Origin: Escherichia coli
Lineage (GTDB): Bacteria; Pseudomonadota; Gammaproteobacteria; Enterobacterales; Enterobacteriaceae
Strand: one strand, 5' to 3'
Length of the DNA stretch: 64,000 bases
Assembly (NCBI RefSeq): GCF_048403405.1
Contig: NZ_CP183129.1
Shown here in pieces: positions 53,757 to 61,730 of this stretch. Position 1 is the first letter of the stretch. Each line of letters opens with the position of its first letter. The position numbers and the translations under genes are program-made. The notes under the pieces are model-generated. The model worked only from the letters and a program-made list of their open reading frames with translations. It did no database searches and was not told the origin of the DNA.

Positions 53757-55883
53757 TTAATCTTCTGCTTCAGGCTGGAACATCAGCACGTAAAAAATAT
53801 GCTGCTTCCCGCCAATCCTGCCGAGCGCCTTTTTCTTGTAACGGCGGTCGCCTCCCGCTTCCAGCATTCCGGCAGCACTCAACGCGCGGGCAAAGTGAGA
53901 CGGATTAAATCCCTGTGCTATCTCACCCTCAAACACATGCGGGAACGTGTAAAAACGGAACTCGTCATCTTCGTTTCTGATACTCCCCTTTCTGTATCCG
54001 GCAAGGTCTTTAATCGGTAAATCACGCTCGTCGCTGTTTGGATAGGGAAGGTATCGACTGAACCCGAACGACGACAAAAACGCCTCAGCCTGTTCAACCA
54101 TCTGTTTAAATTCCCTGTTGCCCGTGCCGAATTCCTTCACCCAGGCATTAAAGTTATGCTGAACTGCATCACGGCACGCCTGAACATCCCAGCCTGTAAC
54201 ATGACCGGAAAGCACAAGCGCGGCCTCCAGTACGGCGAATCTTTCCCCCACACGGTGAACCTGCTCGCCGTAGCTCTCCGGTATCAGGTTGCGCCACCGC
54301 TCGCGACATGCCCTTACCGCGTCCTTTGCCTCCTGCTGGTGACCTGCCAGCCATTTAACCCACTCACGACCTGCCGCCCCGTGATTTTCTGTCCAGGCAT
54401 CTTTTAACGCGTCTGCGTGCGCCTTTCCGGTGCTGTATTCGTGAAACTGCGATGCCTTTTCCATCGGCACGTTAAGCAGACGGACAAGCTGCCCCGCTTT
54501 AATTTTTATCCCTTCCGTTTTGAGGAATGTTTCAACGTCCATTTCTCCGGTGCTGATTGCCACCGTGCGCCAGTGTTTTATCTCCCTGTTGCCGCCGTCC
54601 TTCGCCCCCTGTAATTTCCCGGAACCGTTAAACAGCGTATAGGCTGACGTGGACACCTCCCGCGCGTTTCCGGCCTGGCCTATTTCATCCAGGGGTAACA
54701 GCCCGTCATTATGTGCTTCGGCCTCGTTGGCGATACCTAACGCCGTTCCGTACCAGGTCAGCCGTTGCGCGTCCGGCTCTCCCCATAAACTTGATGCAAT
54801 GTTCTGTGTGGTGGTTTTACCTGCTGATGATTGCTCAAAAAGATGAACCCCGAAGCCGTCAGCACCCACCAGCCCGATTAATGGTGCGGATAGCGATACC
54901 GCCACACCCAGCATCATGGACGGATTACCACCAGCCAGCCGTGCCACGGTATCGCGCCAGCCCTCCGCTGTTCCCGCCACGGAATAGCCATTAACAGCGG
55001 CAGTTTTTCCGGTAAACAGGATGGGTTTCTCTGATTCACCAATGACCGAACCATCCGGCATGATGTACGCACCAAAATGCCACCCCGTTGTTGTGCTTAA
55101 CTGCCATTCCTCATGGTTTCCGCTTAACTGCATCCAGTCAGCCAGGATAGCCCTGTATTTGCCGTTGGTCGTCACGTTAAGGCCGTGGTCTTTCAGCAAC
55201 CGCCAGCCGTCACGGTCACCAATGCCTCCGCACGGGACCGCCATTGTAATGACCTCATGGTTTGCTGGTTTTTTCCAGCGCATCACGCGGTAATGCTCTT
55301 TGCCGATTGTTCCTGTTCCCAGTAGTTCAAGCGGAGAACATAACCACGTCTCAGGCCGGATAATTTCGCCTGACTGCTTGTCCACTTTGGGCGTTACCCA
55401 GAAAACACCATCGACGCGACTTTCAACACGAGGCTTTAATTCGTCATCATAATTTCCGGTGAAATTTGTCTTCGCCGGAAGGTTGATCACCAGACTGTTA
55501 CCGCGTTCCGCATCATCCTTCAGTCCAGCCATGCGCGGTGTCCAGTCCTCCGGCTGCTGATCAACAAAGCTGCGGTAGCAACGCGCCTCCTTCACACCCG
55601 CCACTGCAAGCAGTGTCGCTATCTGTGTAAGGTGCTGCTCTGATATTTCACCAGCACGATAAACGCGCACGTAATAGCGCCCTTTGTCGATGATTTGCGT
55701 GTCTGCCAGACTCGCCAGTTGTTCCGGTCCAAGAATAACTGGATGTGTATCATCTGCCGCAATATGCTTTCCGGCCCATTCGCTCCACTCTTTCGCATGT
55801 GCCCAGGCATCACTACCCGCAAAGATAATCACCTCCGTCATTTTGTCTTTCGGCTGGTGCTTTAAATTCGGTGCGCGTTTCAT
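53757..55883 (-). CDS. Satellite/P4-alpha-like replication protein (primase-helicase with P-loop)
   Basis: 708 aa. Walker A EQSSAGKTT and Walker B LLPLDEIGQ. The size and position (after alpA and the small ORFs, next to the iterons) match PICI pri-rep / P4 alpha-type proteins. Confidence 0.75.
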   Translation of the reverse strand: MKRAPNLKHQPKDKMTEVIIFAGSDAWAHAKEWSEWAGKHIAADDTHPVILGPEQLASLADTQIIDKGRYYVRVYRAGEISEQHLTQIATLLAVAGVKEARCYRSFVDQQPEDWTPRMAGLKDDAERGNSLVINLPAKTNFTGNYDDELKPRVESRVDGVFWVTPKVDKQSGEIIRPETWLCSPLELLGTGTIGKEHYRVMRWKKPANHEVITMAVPCGGIGDRDGWRLLKDHGLNVTTNGKYRAILADWMQLSGNHEEWQLSTTTGWHFGAYIMPDGSVIGESEKPILFTGKTAAVNGYSVAGTAEGWRDTVARLAGGNPSMMLGVAVSLSAPLIGLVGADGFGVHLFEQSSAGKTTTQNIASSLWGEPDAQRLTWYGTALGIANEAEAHNDGLLPLDEIGQAGNAREVSTSAYTLFNGSGKLQGAKDGGNREIKHWRTVAISTGEMDVETFLKTEGIKIKAGQLVRLLNVPMEKASQFHEYSTGKAHADALKDAWTENHGAAGREWVKWLAGHQQEAKDAVRACRERWRNLIPESYGEQVHRVGERFAVLEAALVLSGHVTGWDVQACRDAVQHNFNAWVKEFGTGNREFKQMVEQAEAFLSSFGFSRYLPYPNSDERDLPIKDLAGYRKGSIRNEDDEFRFYTFPHVFEGEIAQGFNPSHFARALSAAGMLEAGGDRRYKKKALGRIGGKQHIFYVLMFQPEAED

Positions 55884-56182
55884 TTCTTGCCCCTGAATGC
55901 GTTAATCATGTTCTTTATTACCTGAATATTTGCCCGTGCTTTCTCTTTACTGGTGGGCTTACTGCGTGGTACTGCACATACCAGTGAAAAATCACGCCGG
56001 AACTGATGAACGGGCATCACACAGTCATAGTCGTACCCTGCGCGGCGGTATGTAATGTGCCGTTCATACACGGAATTAATAACCACGCTGTCACCATATT
56101 TATCCCGGAAAATATCCCCGATCCTGATTTTCGGGTGAGTCTGTCCGCTGGCATTTAAGCCAGTAAATTTAATCTTCTTCAT
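55880..56182 (-). CDS. Hypothetical 100-aa protein
   Basis: ORF track entry. 4-nt overlap with the primase start; in the operon. Confidence 0.5.
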   Translation of the reverse strand: MKKIKFTGLNASGQTHPKIRIGDIFRDKYGDSVVINSVYERHITYRRAGYDYDCVMPVHQFRRDFSLVCAVPRSKPTSKEKARANIQVIKNMINAFRGKK

Positions 56183-56184
56183 GT

Positions 56185-56442
56185 TTATTTCCCGGTGTGA
56201 GGTTCTTCTTTATATTTATGGGCTAACAAATCTGGTAATTGCCTGTATTTATCCTCGGCAATATATTCAGAATAATCGACAGCACTGTTCAGTATATCTA
56301 ACGCCGTTTCATGCTCCAGATTCGAAACTATAAGGAACGTTGCTACTTTTAGCATATTCGCGATATGCAAAAGAGCATCAATTTCATTTTTTGGCGCTTC
56401 ACTGAATTTTTGCTCCAGAAGAATAAATCGTTCATCACGCAT
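56185..56442 (-). CDS. Hypothetical 85-aa acidic protein
   Basis: ORF track entry. Overlaps the stop of the upstream icd-like gene by 8 nt and ends 2 nt before the start of the downstream 100-aa gene; AT-rich. Confidence 0.5.
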   Translation of the reverse strand: MRDERFILLEQKFSEAPKNEIDALLHIANMLKVATFLIVSNLEHETALDILNSAVDYSEYIAEDKYRQLPDLLAHKYKEEPHTGK

Positions 56443-56638
56443 AGTATTCCCCCTGACGGATGCGGGCAGTAAATACCATCACGCAGCCAGCCGGGGATTG
56501 CTGACGGGCTTCCTGTTCGCTGGCGGCCTCGATGTGTATTACGCGTGGTTGTGCGGTGCTCAGGGCGATAAAACGCCAGATGTATTTATTCAGGTTGTGC
56601 GAGTCCCGCCCTTGCGGGTGTGTGGTATGATTTAACAT
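56435..56638 (-). CDS. Icd-like (P4-type host cell-division inhibitor-like) 67-aa protein
   Basis: Only the last 67 codons of the 345-aa track ORF are used, from the ATG at 56638 preceded by GAGG. YIWRFIALSTAQPRVIHIEAASEQEARQQ...VMVFTARI resembles Icd-like proteins of P4-like elements, from memory. Confidence 0.5.
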   Translation of the reverse strand: MLNHTTHPQGRDSHNLNKYIWRFIALSTAQPRVIHIEAASEQEARQQSPAGCVMVFTARIRQGEYYA

Positions 56639-56736
56639 AGCTACCTCGATACGCTTTCTATCGTTGGTGGTTAGACGCCCTGCATGTGTTGCGAGCACTG
56701 CGGGGCGTTGCTTAATTTGAGCAATGCAACCCAAAC

Positions 56737-56816
56737 TGTGCGCACAGATTAAAATCATGTGTGCGCACATGTCAATACTTAACTTCTCACTTTTTTTGCT
56801 GTATTGTGTGCGCCCA
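56737..56816. promoter_or_regulatory. Three copies of the palindrome TGTGCGCACA in the divergent region between the icd-like and RHH genes (candidate operators O1-O3)
   Basis: Perfect copies at 56737-56746 and 56760-56769; a 9/10 copy (TGTGCGCCCA) at 56807-56816. Confidence 0.6.
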
Positions 56817-56843
56817 TCAAATCCATTTAAGTGAGGTGTACCA

Positions 56844-57041
56844 ATGTCTAGCGGAAACACAAACAACAAATCAGCAAAGAAAAATATTCGATTCCCGCAC
56901 GAGCTTATAGATGGGATTGATGCCAGTGTTGAACAAGAAAAATTAACTAATCCTAGTGCTAATTTTTCCGCATGGGTCTTAGATGCCTGTGGACGCAAAT
57001 TAAAATATGAACAGCGCCGGAAGGCCAAAGAGCAGGAGTAA
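56844..57041 (+). CDS. Ribbon-helix-helix-type small DNA-binding protein (candidate element repressor)
   Basis: 65 aa with RBS GAGGTG 5 nt upstream. KKNIRFPHELIDGIDASVEQ... is a typical RHH N-terminal strand and helix. It is one of only two plus-strand genes in the element. Confidence 0.55.
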   Translation: MSSGNTNNKSAKKNIRFPHELIDGIDASVEQEKLTNPSANFSAWVLDACGRKLKYEQRRKAKEQE

Positions 57042-57098
57042 CCATCACCAGCGCCGTGGTGCGGTGAACTGTGGCGCACAGGGTTACAGGTATCTACG

Positions 57099-57296
57099 AT
57101 GACTGACAAATCATTAAAGAAATTATCCTCATCCAGGAAAAAACAACGCAAAAATGCGGTAAGCGAACAAGAACAGGAAAGATTTGCGCCATGTGCGTTT
57201 GTCCTTGAGAAGTTCTTAAAAGAGTACAGGCGCACAAAAATGGGATCGCATACCTGGAAAACATCGCAGTATGGCGATGCTAAAGAGCAGGAATAG
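57099..57296 (+). CDS. Hypothetical 65-aa basic protein
   Basis: ORF track entry with a weak RBS. It shares its last 17-19 nt (AAAGAGCAGGAxTAxCC, peptide ...AKEQE) with the preceding gene. Confidence 0.35.
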   Translation: MTDKSLKKLSSSRKKQRKNAVSEQEQERFAPCAFVLEKFLKEYRRTKMGSHTWKTSQYGDAKEQE

Positions 57297-57386
57297 CCCA
57301 CCAGCAAGCCAGCACACTGATCACATTGCCCACCAGCCGCAAATCTGGCATTGTTGGCGATGCGTTTGATTTCCTTTGTTCCCACT

Positions 57387-57415
57387 GGCGACCTATCCCG
57401 GTCGCCTTTGTTTTG
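57387..57415 (+). terminator. Terminator of the plus-strand RHH transcription unit
   Basis: GGCGACC-tatccc-GGTCGCC followed by TTTGTTTTG. Confidence 0.75.
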
Positions 57416-57464
57416 CCTGTTATCCAGCAACGGGGCGCTTTTTCTTTCTGTAACGTTCGGATCG

Positions 57465-58208
57465 TTACGCATGGCTGCTCACCTCCATGCGGCGGGCTAA
57501 CCAGCGTTGCGAAAGACGAATTAATTCAGCTTTCCGCTGGTGGTAGTCCTGGCCTAACTCAATCAGCGTGATATTGCTCTGCTCAAGGTAAGAAAGGTGC
57601 TCAAGCTGCAGCGTGCTCATGTGGTCGCGTGGTTCGCCTGTGATGCCGTTCGCCTGCGCCCACTGTTTTGCAGTCATGCCACCCAGCACGATACGCGCCA
57701 GCATATTGGCTTCCGTGGTGTAGTGGTGCTGGAGCGTGTTTTTACCCAGTTCAGCGCGGTACGCCTCCAGCGCGGCACACATCGGCTTAAAGTAGCTGGC
57801 AACGGTGATACGGGCTTTCAGTTCACGGCGTAACGCTGCGGAACGCACTGGCGCTACTTTGTGTAGCTCCTCCTCGCATTTGATGAAGTACTGACGAATA
57901 GCGCGGCCCTGTTCGGTACGCTCGACCATCGCAAGTTCTTTCGCCATGTTGATGGTACTCAGGTAGTCGTGCTCTACACGTTGGCGAGATTTTGCGCTCA
58001 CCGGATTGGGGGAGGTCAAATTTTCTACAAACTCAAAATCCACGCCATTTTTAAATCCGTACTGATCAATACGCCCTTTAATCCATGTAGTGAAATCACG
58101 CTTCACACCAAGCGCCTTATGTAACGCTCTGGCGCTGACAATGGCTGTTTCATGTCCGCCAATAATGCCAGGTGATACCGGAATAAGTGCGGCGAAATCC
58201 TTAAGCAT
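57465..58208 (-). CDS. AntA/AntB-type phage antirepressor-domain protein
   Basis: 247 aa. ...VSARALHKALGVKRDFTTWIKGRIDQYGFKNGVDFEF...INMAKELAMVERTEQGRAIRQYFI... matches the AntA N-terminal domain pattern, from memory. Confidence 0.6.
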   Translation of the reverse strand: MLKDFAALIPVSPGIIGGHETAIVSARALHKALGVKRDFTTWIKGRIDQYGFKNGVDFEFVENLTSPNPVSAKSRQRVEHDYLSTINMAKELAMVERTEQGRAIRQYFIKCEEELHKVAPVRSAALRRELKARITVASYFKPMCAALEAYRAELGKNTLQHHYTTEANMLARIVLGGMTAKQWAQANGITGEPRDHMSTLQLEHLSYLEQSNITLIELGQDYHQRKAELIRLSQRWLARRMEVSSHA

Positions 58209-58899
58209 GATTTACCCCCAGATACGGCTCAGATGTCATCAGGCTGGCGAATGTCTCCATGCGTCGGGCAACCTCCCGCACTGCTTCGGTAGGTGTCATG
58301 CCGTTCTGTATCGCCTCCTCAAATGCGGCCTGTTCGATTTTCTGCATGACAATCAGCAAGCCTAACTGCTGCTCGCTGGCTGTGCCTCGTTCGCCAGTTA
58401 CCAGACCTGTAACACGGTTCTCTGCGCGTGCCAGATTGATGTAATGGTGACGTTCTGCGCCCAGTGCTTTAAGCCCGTCACGGCTTTCGTGATAGCCTGG
58501 CAGATATTCACGGCGTACAGGCTCGGTAGCGCGATGTTTTGCGAATGCCTTCGTAACATCCAGCTTGAAGCGGTTCATGCGTTCATCATCACGACCGCGC
58601 ACAATGCGACACATGTAATCAAACTGATCGCTATTCAGGAGGGCAAACTTATGTTCACGCTCCCCGTTTTGACGGGTTTTTAATCGCTCCGTTTGAAACG
58701 GAAGGATGCCCAGTTCACGCAATCCGGTTTTGTGCTTCTGAATGAGCGAATAAAGGTTTTTGTGCTTTATGCCAATACGCTCAGCAAATAAGCGGGAATC
58801 AATGCGCGACTCCGCTTTGTGGCGAACCAGAATATCGCTCATGCTGGTTTCAGGCCGAACGAAGCCCTGCCCCTGTACGGGCGTTTTTCGCAGTTTCAT
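58201..58899 (-). CDS. Rha-family phage regulatory protein
   Basis: 232 aa. ...SRIDSRLFAERIGIKHKNLYSLIQKH...FALLNSDQFDYMCRIV... is Rha-like, from memory. RBS AGGTG. Confidence 0.6.
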   Translation of the reverse strand: MKLRKTPVQGQGFVRPETSMSDILVRHKAESRIDSRLFAERIGIKHKNLYSLIQKHKTGLRELGILPFQTERLKTRQNGEREHKFALLNSDQFDYMCRIVRGRDDERMNRFKLDVTKAFAKHRATEPVRREYLPGYHESRDGLKALGAERHHYINLARAENRVTGLVTGERGTASEQQLGLLIVMQKIEQAAFEEAIQNGMTPTEAVREVARRMETFASLMTSEPYLGVNHA

Positions 58900-58973
58900 A
58901 AAAACACCTGCTATTAAATTAAGTTACTTTTGTTTGCTGGTGGGGTTGAACGTCATCCCCCGTAGTCATTTAA

Positions 58974-59192
58974 TCAGGCTGATGTGTTTCGGCGTTCTGC
59001 CAGCCAGTTATTAATTTCCACCGCATCAAACGCAGTCACGTTATCTGTTAGCTTCACTGGGCGTGGAAGAGTGCCATTTTTAACCCATCTATCAATAGTA
59101 GGCAGTGAAACACCTAGCAATTCCGGCATGCGAAAGCGACGGATGTATCCAGTTGTTGGGATAGCTGATGATGCTGGCTTGTGTGCTGTCAT
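58974..59192 (-). CDS. alpA: AlpA-family (MerR-like winged-helix) transcriptional regulator/excisionase-type protein
   Basis: 72 aa. ...RRFRMPELLGVSLPTIDRWVKNGTLPRPVKLTDNVTAFDAVEINNWL is a typical AlpA signature. Confidence 0.8.
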   Translation of the reverse strand: MTAHKPASSAIPTTGYIRRFRMPELLGVSLPTIDRWVKNGTLPRPVKLTDNVTAFDAVEINNWLAERRNTSA

Positions 59193-59272
59193 ATCTCTAG
59201 TAACCTCTCTGATAGCTCATGAAGTTACTTAAAGTTTAGTGGTTGCCCATACAGTATTTCTATTAAGACTAG

Positions 59273-59324
59273 AATCTATTGAAAGAAATTATAAATCTAT
59301 TGAAAAAATACCGATCCACTGAAA
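59273..59324. promoter_or_regulatory. Three phased 12-bp boxes upstream of alpA
   Basis: AATCTATTGAAA at 59273 and 59294 (exact copies, 21 bp apart) and GATCCACTGAAA at 59313 (9 of 12 positions). Confidence 0.45.
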
Positions 59325-59484
59325 GATTGCAAATGCAAGTGGGATAATTATTTTCTTTATTTTCAATTAGTTACCAGTTTAAAAAATCATTGTTTTATCA
59401 AAGAGTTATATCTTTCATCGTCATTCATCATGTTTTTACATTTCCTTTTATCTTTTATTATTCAATTGGTTGAGTCGGTTTATA

Positions 59485-59520
59485 ATGGCTCATGATGGCT
59501 TAAAATGGCTAATGATAGCT
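59485..59520. repeat. Four tandem 10-bp units ATGGCTNNNN (the last is ATAGCT), overlapping a perfect TATAAT
   Basis: ATGGCT at 59485, 59495 and 59505; ATAGCT at 59515; TATAAT at 59481-59486. Confidence 0.5.
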
Positions 59521-59663
59521 GGCGTATCTTTTAGAGATGGGGTGATTACAGATGAACTAAGCCGAACAGATATAGCAATGGCTAGGCATAGAATTATCTA
59601 TGCTGGTGGAGATGGGTAAACAGGTAATGCCCCGCCATTGCTTTGGAGGGGCGTGAAAAGTGA

Positions 59664-60314
59664 TTAGTCGAGATCGTGGACAGCTAATAAAGCCCGTGAG
59701 ATTTTTTCTAGGAATGTGGCTTTTGCTATTCCTTTATGGGATATCCCTTCATCCTTGATTAAGGTTTCTATGTCACGGTATATAGCTGTGCGATTAGGTT
59801 TCCCATTTTGGATGTAGGAAGATGAGCCTGATTTTTTTATCAGCAGATGTACTATCAACCCCATCATTTTCATTGTCCCGTTTTCCTCATCCTGCTTTCT
59901 ATGCTGCCCACGTCCGCTGCGGTTGGTTTCTTTGATGTAGTTTACTAACTGGAGTCCTCCAAGGTTTCGGGCTTTTTCTTCCCAGCCCTTGGTGCCACGC
60001 AAATCATCAATCGCTTCTGATATTTTCTGAACAATTATTTCTGGTGTATTTGTGTCAATAAATGGGTAAGAAGCTAAGAAAATATCAAGGGCATGGCAAG
60101 GCTCGTCTTTACTAGTTTTTTCACCTCTGTACACCTTGATAGCTCTGGCAAGATGAGTTCTGACAAAATCGACATATTCGAAATTTTCCTCAGGCACATC
60201 GCTAATGCGCATAGATGGGTTTAGGCCAGCCAAGGCCACAGCCATTTCATGAGGGGTAATCGATACAGATGAACAAAGCCGTTCGATTGGCGATTTTCTC
60301 AAGATGTTGTTCAC
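59664..60314 (-). CDS. Hypothetical 216-aa protein, translationally coupled to the integrase
   Basis: The GTG start overlaps the int stop (atGTGA). More AT-rich than int. No motif recognised, though a helix-turn-helix near the C-terminus is possible. Confidence 0.55.
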   Translation of the reverse strand: MNNILRKSPIERLCSSVSITPHEMAVALAGLNPSMRISDVPEENFEYVDFVRTHLARAIKVYRGEKTSKDEPCHALDIFLASYPFIDTNTPEIIVQKISEAIDDLRGTKGWEEKARNLGGLQLVNYIKETNRSGRGQHRKQDEENGTMKMMGLIVHLLIKKSGSSSYIQNGKPNRTAIYRDIETLIKDEGISHKGIAKATFLEKISRALLAVHDLD

Positions 60315-61579
60315 ATTTGCCTCCGGGCTTTATCGAATGGCGTTACGTTGTAGTCTTTCCCGCTTTCCAGTGCCACCAGCAGATCAGCCCACTGTGCCAG
60401 CGCAGCTTTACGCTCATCAAAATACTGATGGCGGTTATAAATCCCCTCCACACCCTTAATGCGATGATTGAGGCATCGTTCCGCTACGACAGGATCAACA
60501 CCCAATGCTGCTAAATGAGTACGTGCGGTACGCCGGAAGTCGTGAATCGTGAAATTAGGCACATCCGGCATTTCGGCGCGAACCTTAGCCAGTGCTACGG
60601 GTAAAGTGCTTTCCTGAATATGTGGGATCATTCTGTTTTGCATCTTCCTGGCTGGAAGCACCCATGCGCTATTACATGAAAAGGTGTGTAGCTCTCTCAA
60701 CCATTCAACGGCAGGAGAAGGTAGAGGTATATCAATAGGGTCTCCGTTTTTGCTGCGTTCTTCCGGCAAATGCCATACCGCACCATCTAAATCAAACTCT
60801 TCCCATCGTGCGGCGCATAACTCCATCTTACGAACGCATAGTGCCAGCAATAGCTTAAATGTCAGTTCGTTCTGGCGGCTGAATCCTTTTGCGGTGCGCA
60901 TAGCCTCGAATAGCCTGATAAGCTCATCGCGAGTTAGCCAACGGTCGCGGGAAACCTCTTTACCACCAGCATCAGATACTTCAAACGCTGAACAAGGGTT
61001 TATCTCCAGAGCGTGGCGTTTTATCCCATAGTCAAAGATACGGCGTGTCCAGCGTAATACATCTGTTGCTATCGTTGGTGCTCCTCGGTCAACGATACCT
61101 TTCAACATGTCGTCAATGTGGCGTGGCTTAACGTCCTCTACCTTCATATGCCCAATGCAGGGGTTAATATCCTTATCAATTCTCCGGCGAAGGATATCGG
61201 GATGTTTCCATCTCGGAAGTATCTGTCGCTCGAAGTATTCGGCGGCCAGATCTGAAACGCGCATGGCGTTTTTCTCAGCCTCCATTTTTGCCAGTGCTTC
61301 AGCTTTTCGTTCCTGTTTTTCTGCTGCTACGTCATAGCCAAGAGCAACTCTGGCTGACAGCTCTTTTGCTATTTCTCTGGCTTTTGATAGTGACAGTTCG
61401 GAGTAAGAGCCGATAACCATAGCCCGCTGTTTTCCTGCGAGCTTATATCGGAATCGCCAGAACGGGACTGTGTAGTTTTTGGGGTAGCAAATATAAAGGC
61501 CGTTGCCGTCTGCCTTGCCATCAAATCTGTCTCCCGCCTTTATCCATGCGCGGATCTGCATATCTGTGAGTTTTGGCAT
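60311..61579 (-). CDS. int: P4-type tyrosine integrase
   Basis: Trimmed to the ATG at 61579 (MPKLTDMQIRAWIKAGDRFDGKADGNGLYICYP...FWRFRYKLAGKQR...), giving 422 aa. The C-terminal catalytic region includes ...HDFRRTARTHLAALG...ERCLNH...GIYNRHQY. Confidence 0.9.
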   Translation of the reverse strand: MPKLTDMQIRAWIKAGDRFDGKADGNGLYICYPKNYTVPFWRFRYKLAGKQRAMVIGSYSELSLSKAREIAKELSARVALGYDVAAEKQERKAEALAKMEAEKNAMRVSDLAAEYFERQILPRWKHPDILRRRIDKDINPCIGHMKVEDVKPRHIDDMLKGIVDRGAPTIATDVLRWTRRIFDYGIKRHALEINPCSAFEVSDAGGKEVSRDRWLTRDELIRLFEAMRTAKGFSRQNELTFKLLLALCVRKMELCAARWEEFDLDGAVWHLPEERSKNGDPIDIPLPSPAVEWLRELHTFSCNSAWVLPARKMQNRMIPHIQESTLPVALAKVRAEMPDVPNFTIHDFRRTARTHLAALGVDPVVAERCLNHRIKGVEGIYNRHQYFDERKAALAQWADLLVALESGKDYNVTPFDKARRQM

Positions 61580-61636
61580 TGCGAATACCTGAATATCGAA
61601 TATGGGTGTGTACATAAAGCAATGTACATGAAAGTC

Positions 61637-61660
61637 ATTATGTACACCTCTATGTACACG
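61637..61660 (+). repeat. attR-like direct repeat, within a cluster of four TGTACA motifs (61606-61660)
   Basis: ATTATGTACACCTCTATGTACACG matches 22 of 24 positions of 42824-42847. It is preceded by gtgTGTACAtaaagcaaTGTACAtg. Confidence 0.75.
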
Positions 61661-61701
61661 CATATTGTGCGCTTTGTTGCGTCGTTATGATAGCTCATGA
61701 T

Positions 61702-61730
61702 AACAAAAAAGCCCGACATTTCGCGGGCTT
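61702..61730 (-). terminator. Intrinsic terminator (minus strand)
   Basis: The minus strand reads AAGCCCG-cgaaatgt-CGGGCTT followed by TTTTTTGT. Confidence 0.7.

Larger units (their letters stand above)
42824..61660 (-). mobile_element. 18.8-kb integrase-bounded PICI/P4-like phage satellite (integrative element)
   Basis: Flanked by 24-bp direct repeats. A P4-type tyrosine integrase sits at one end, followed in the same direction by AlpA, Rha, AntA, Icd-like, primase-helicase, SSB and ProQ/FinO-like genes. It has two iteron clusters and no structural virion genes. It is inserted in a spacer that is short in K-12, from memory. Confidence 0.75.

Noticed and set aside
56435-57472. 345-aa minus-strand ORF in the track covering the whole 56.4-57.5 kb region
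   Set aside because: Only its last 67 codons have an RBS and a recognisable (Icd-like) product. The rest overlaps a plus-strand unit with good RBS, operators and terminator. Its translation is low-complexity and repeat-driven (YSCSLA occurs three times).
59210-59222. A 13-bp exact repeat, TGATAGCTCATGA, also present at 61688-61700 just outside attR
   Set aside because: By a rough estimate, (64000^2/2)/4^13, tens of 13-mer coincidences are expected in a 64-kb window. One copy is inside and one outside the element, which does not fit an att role.
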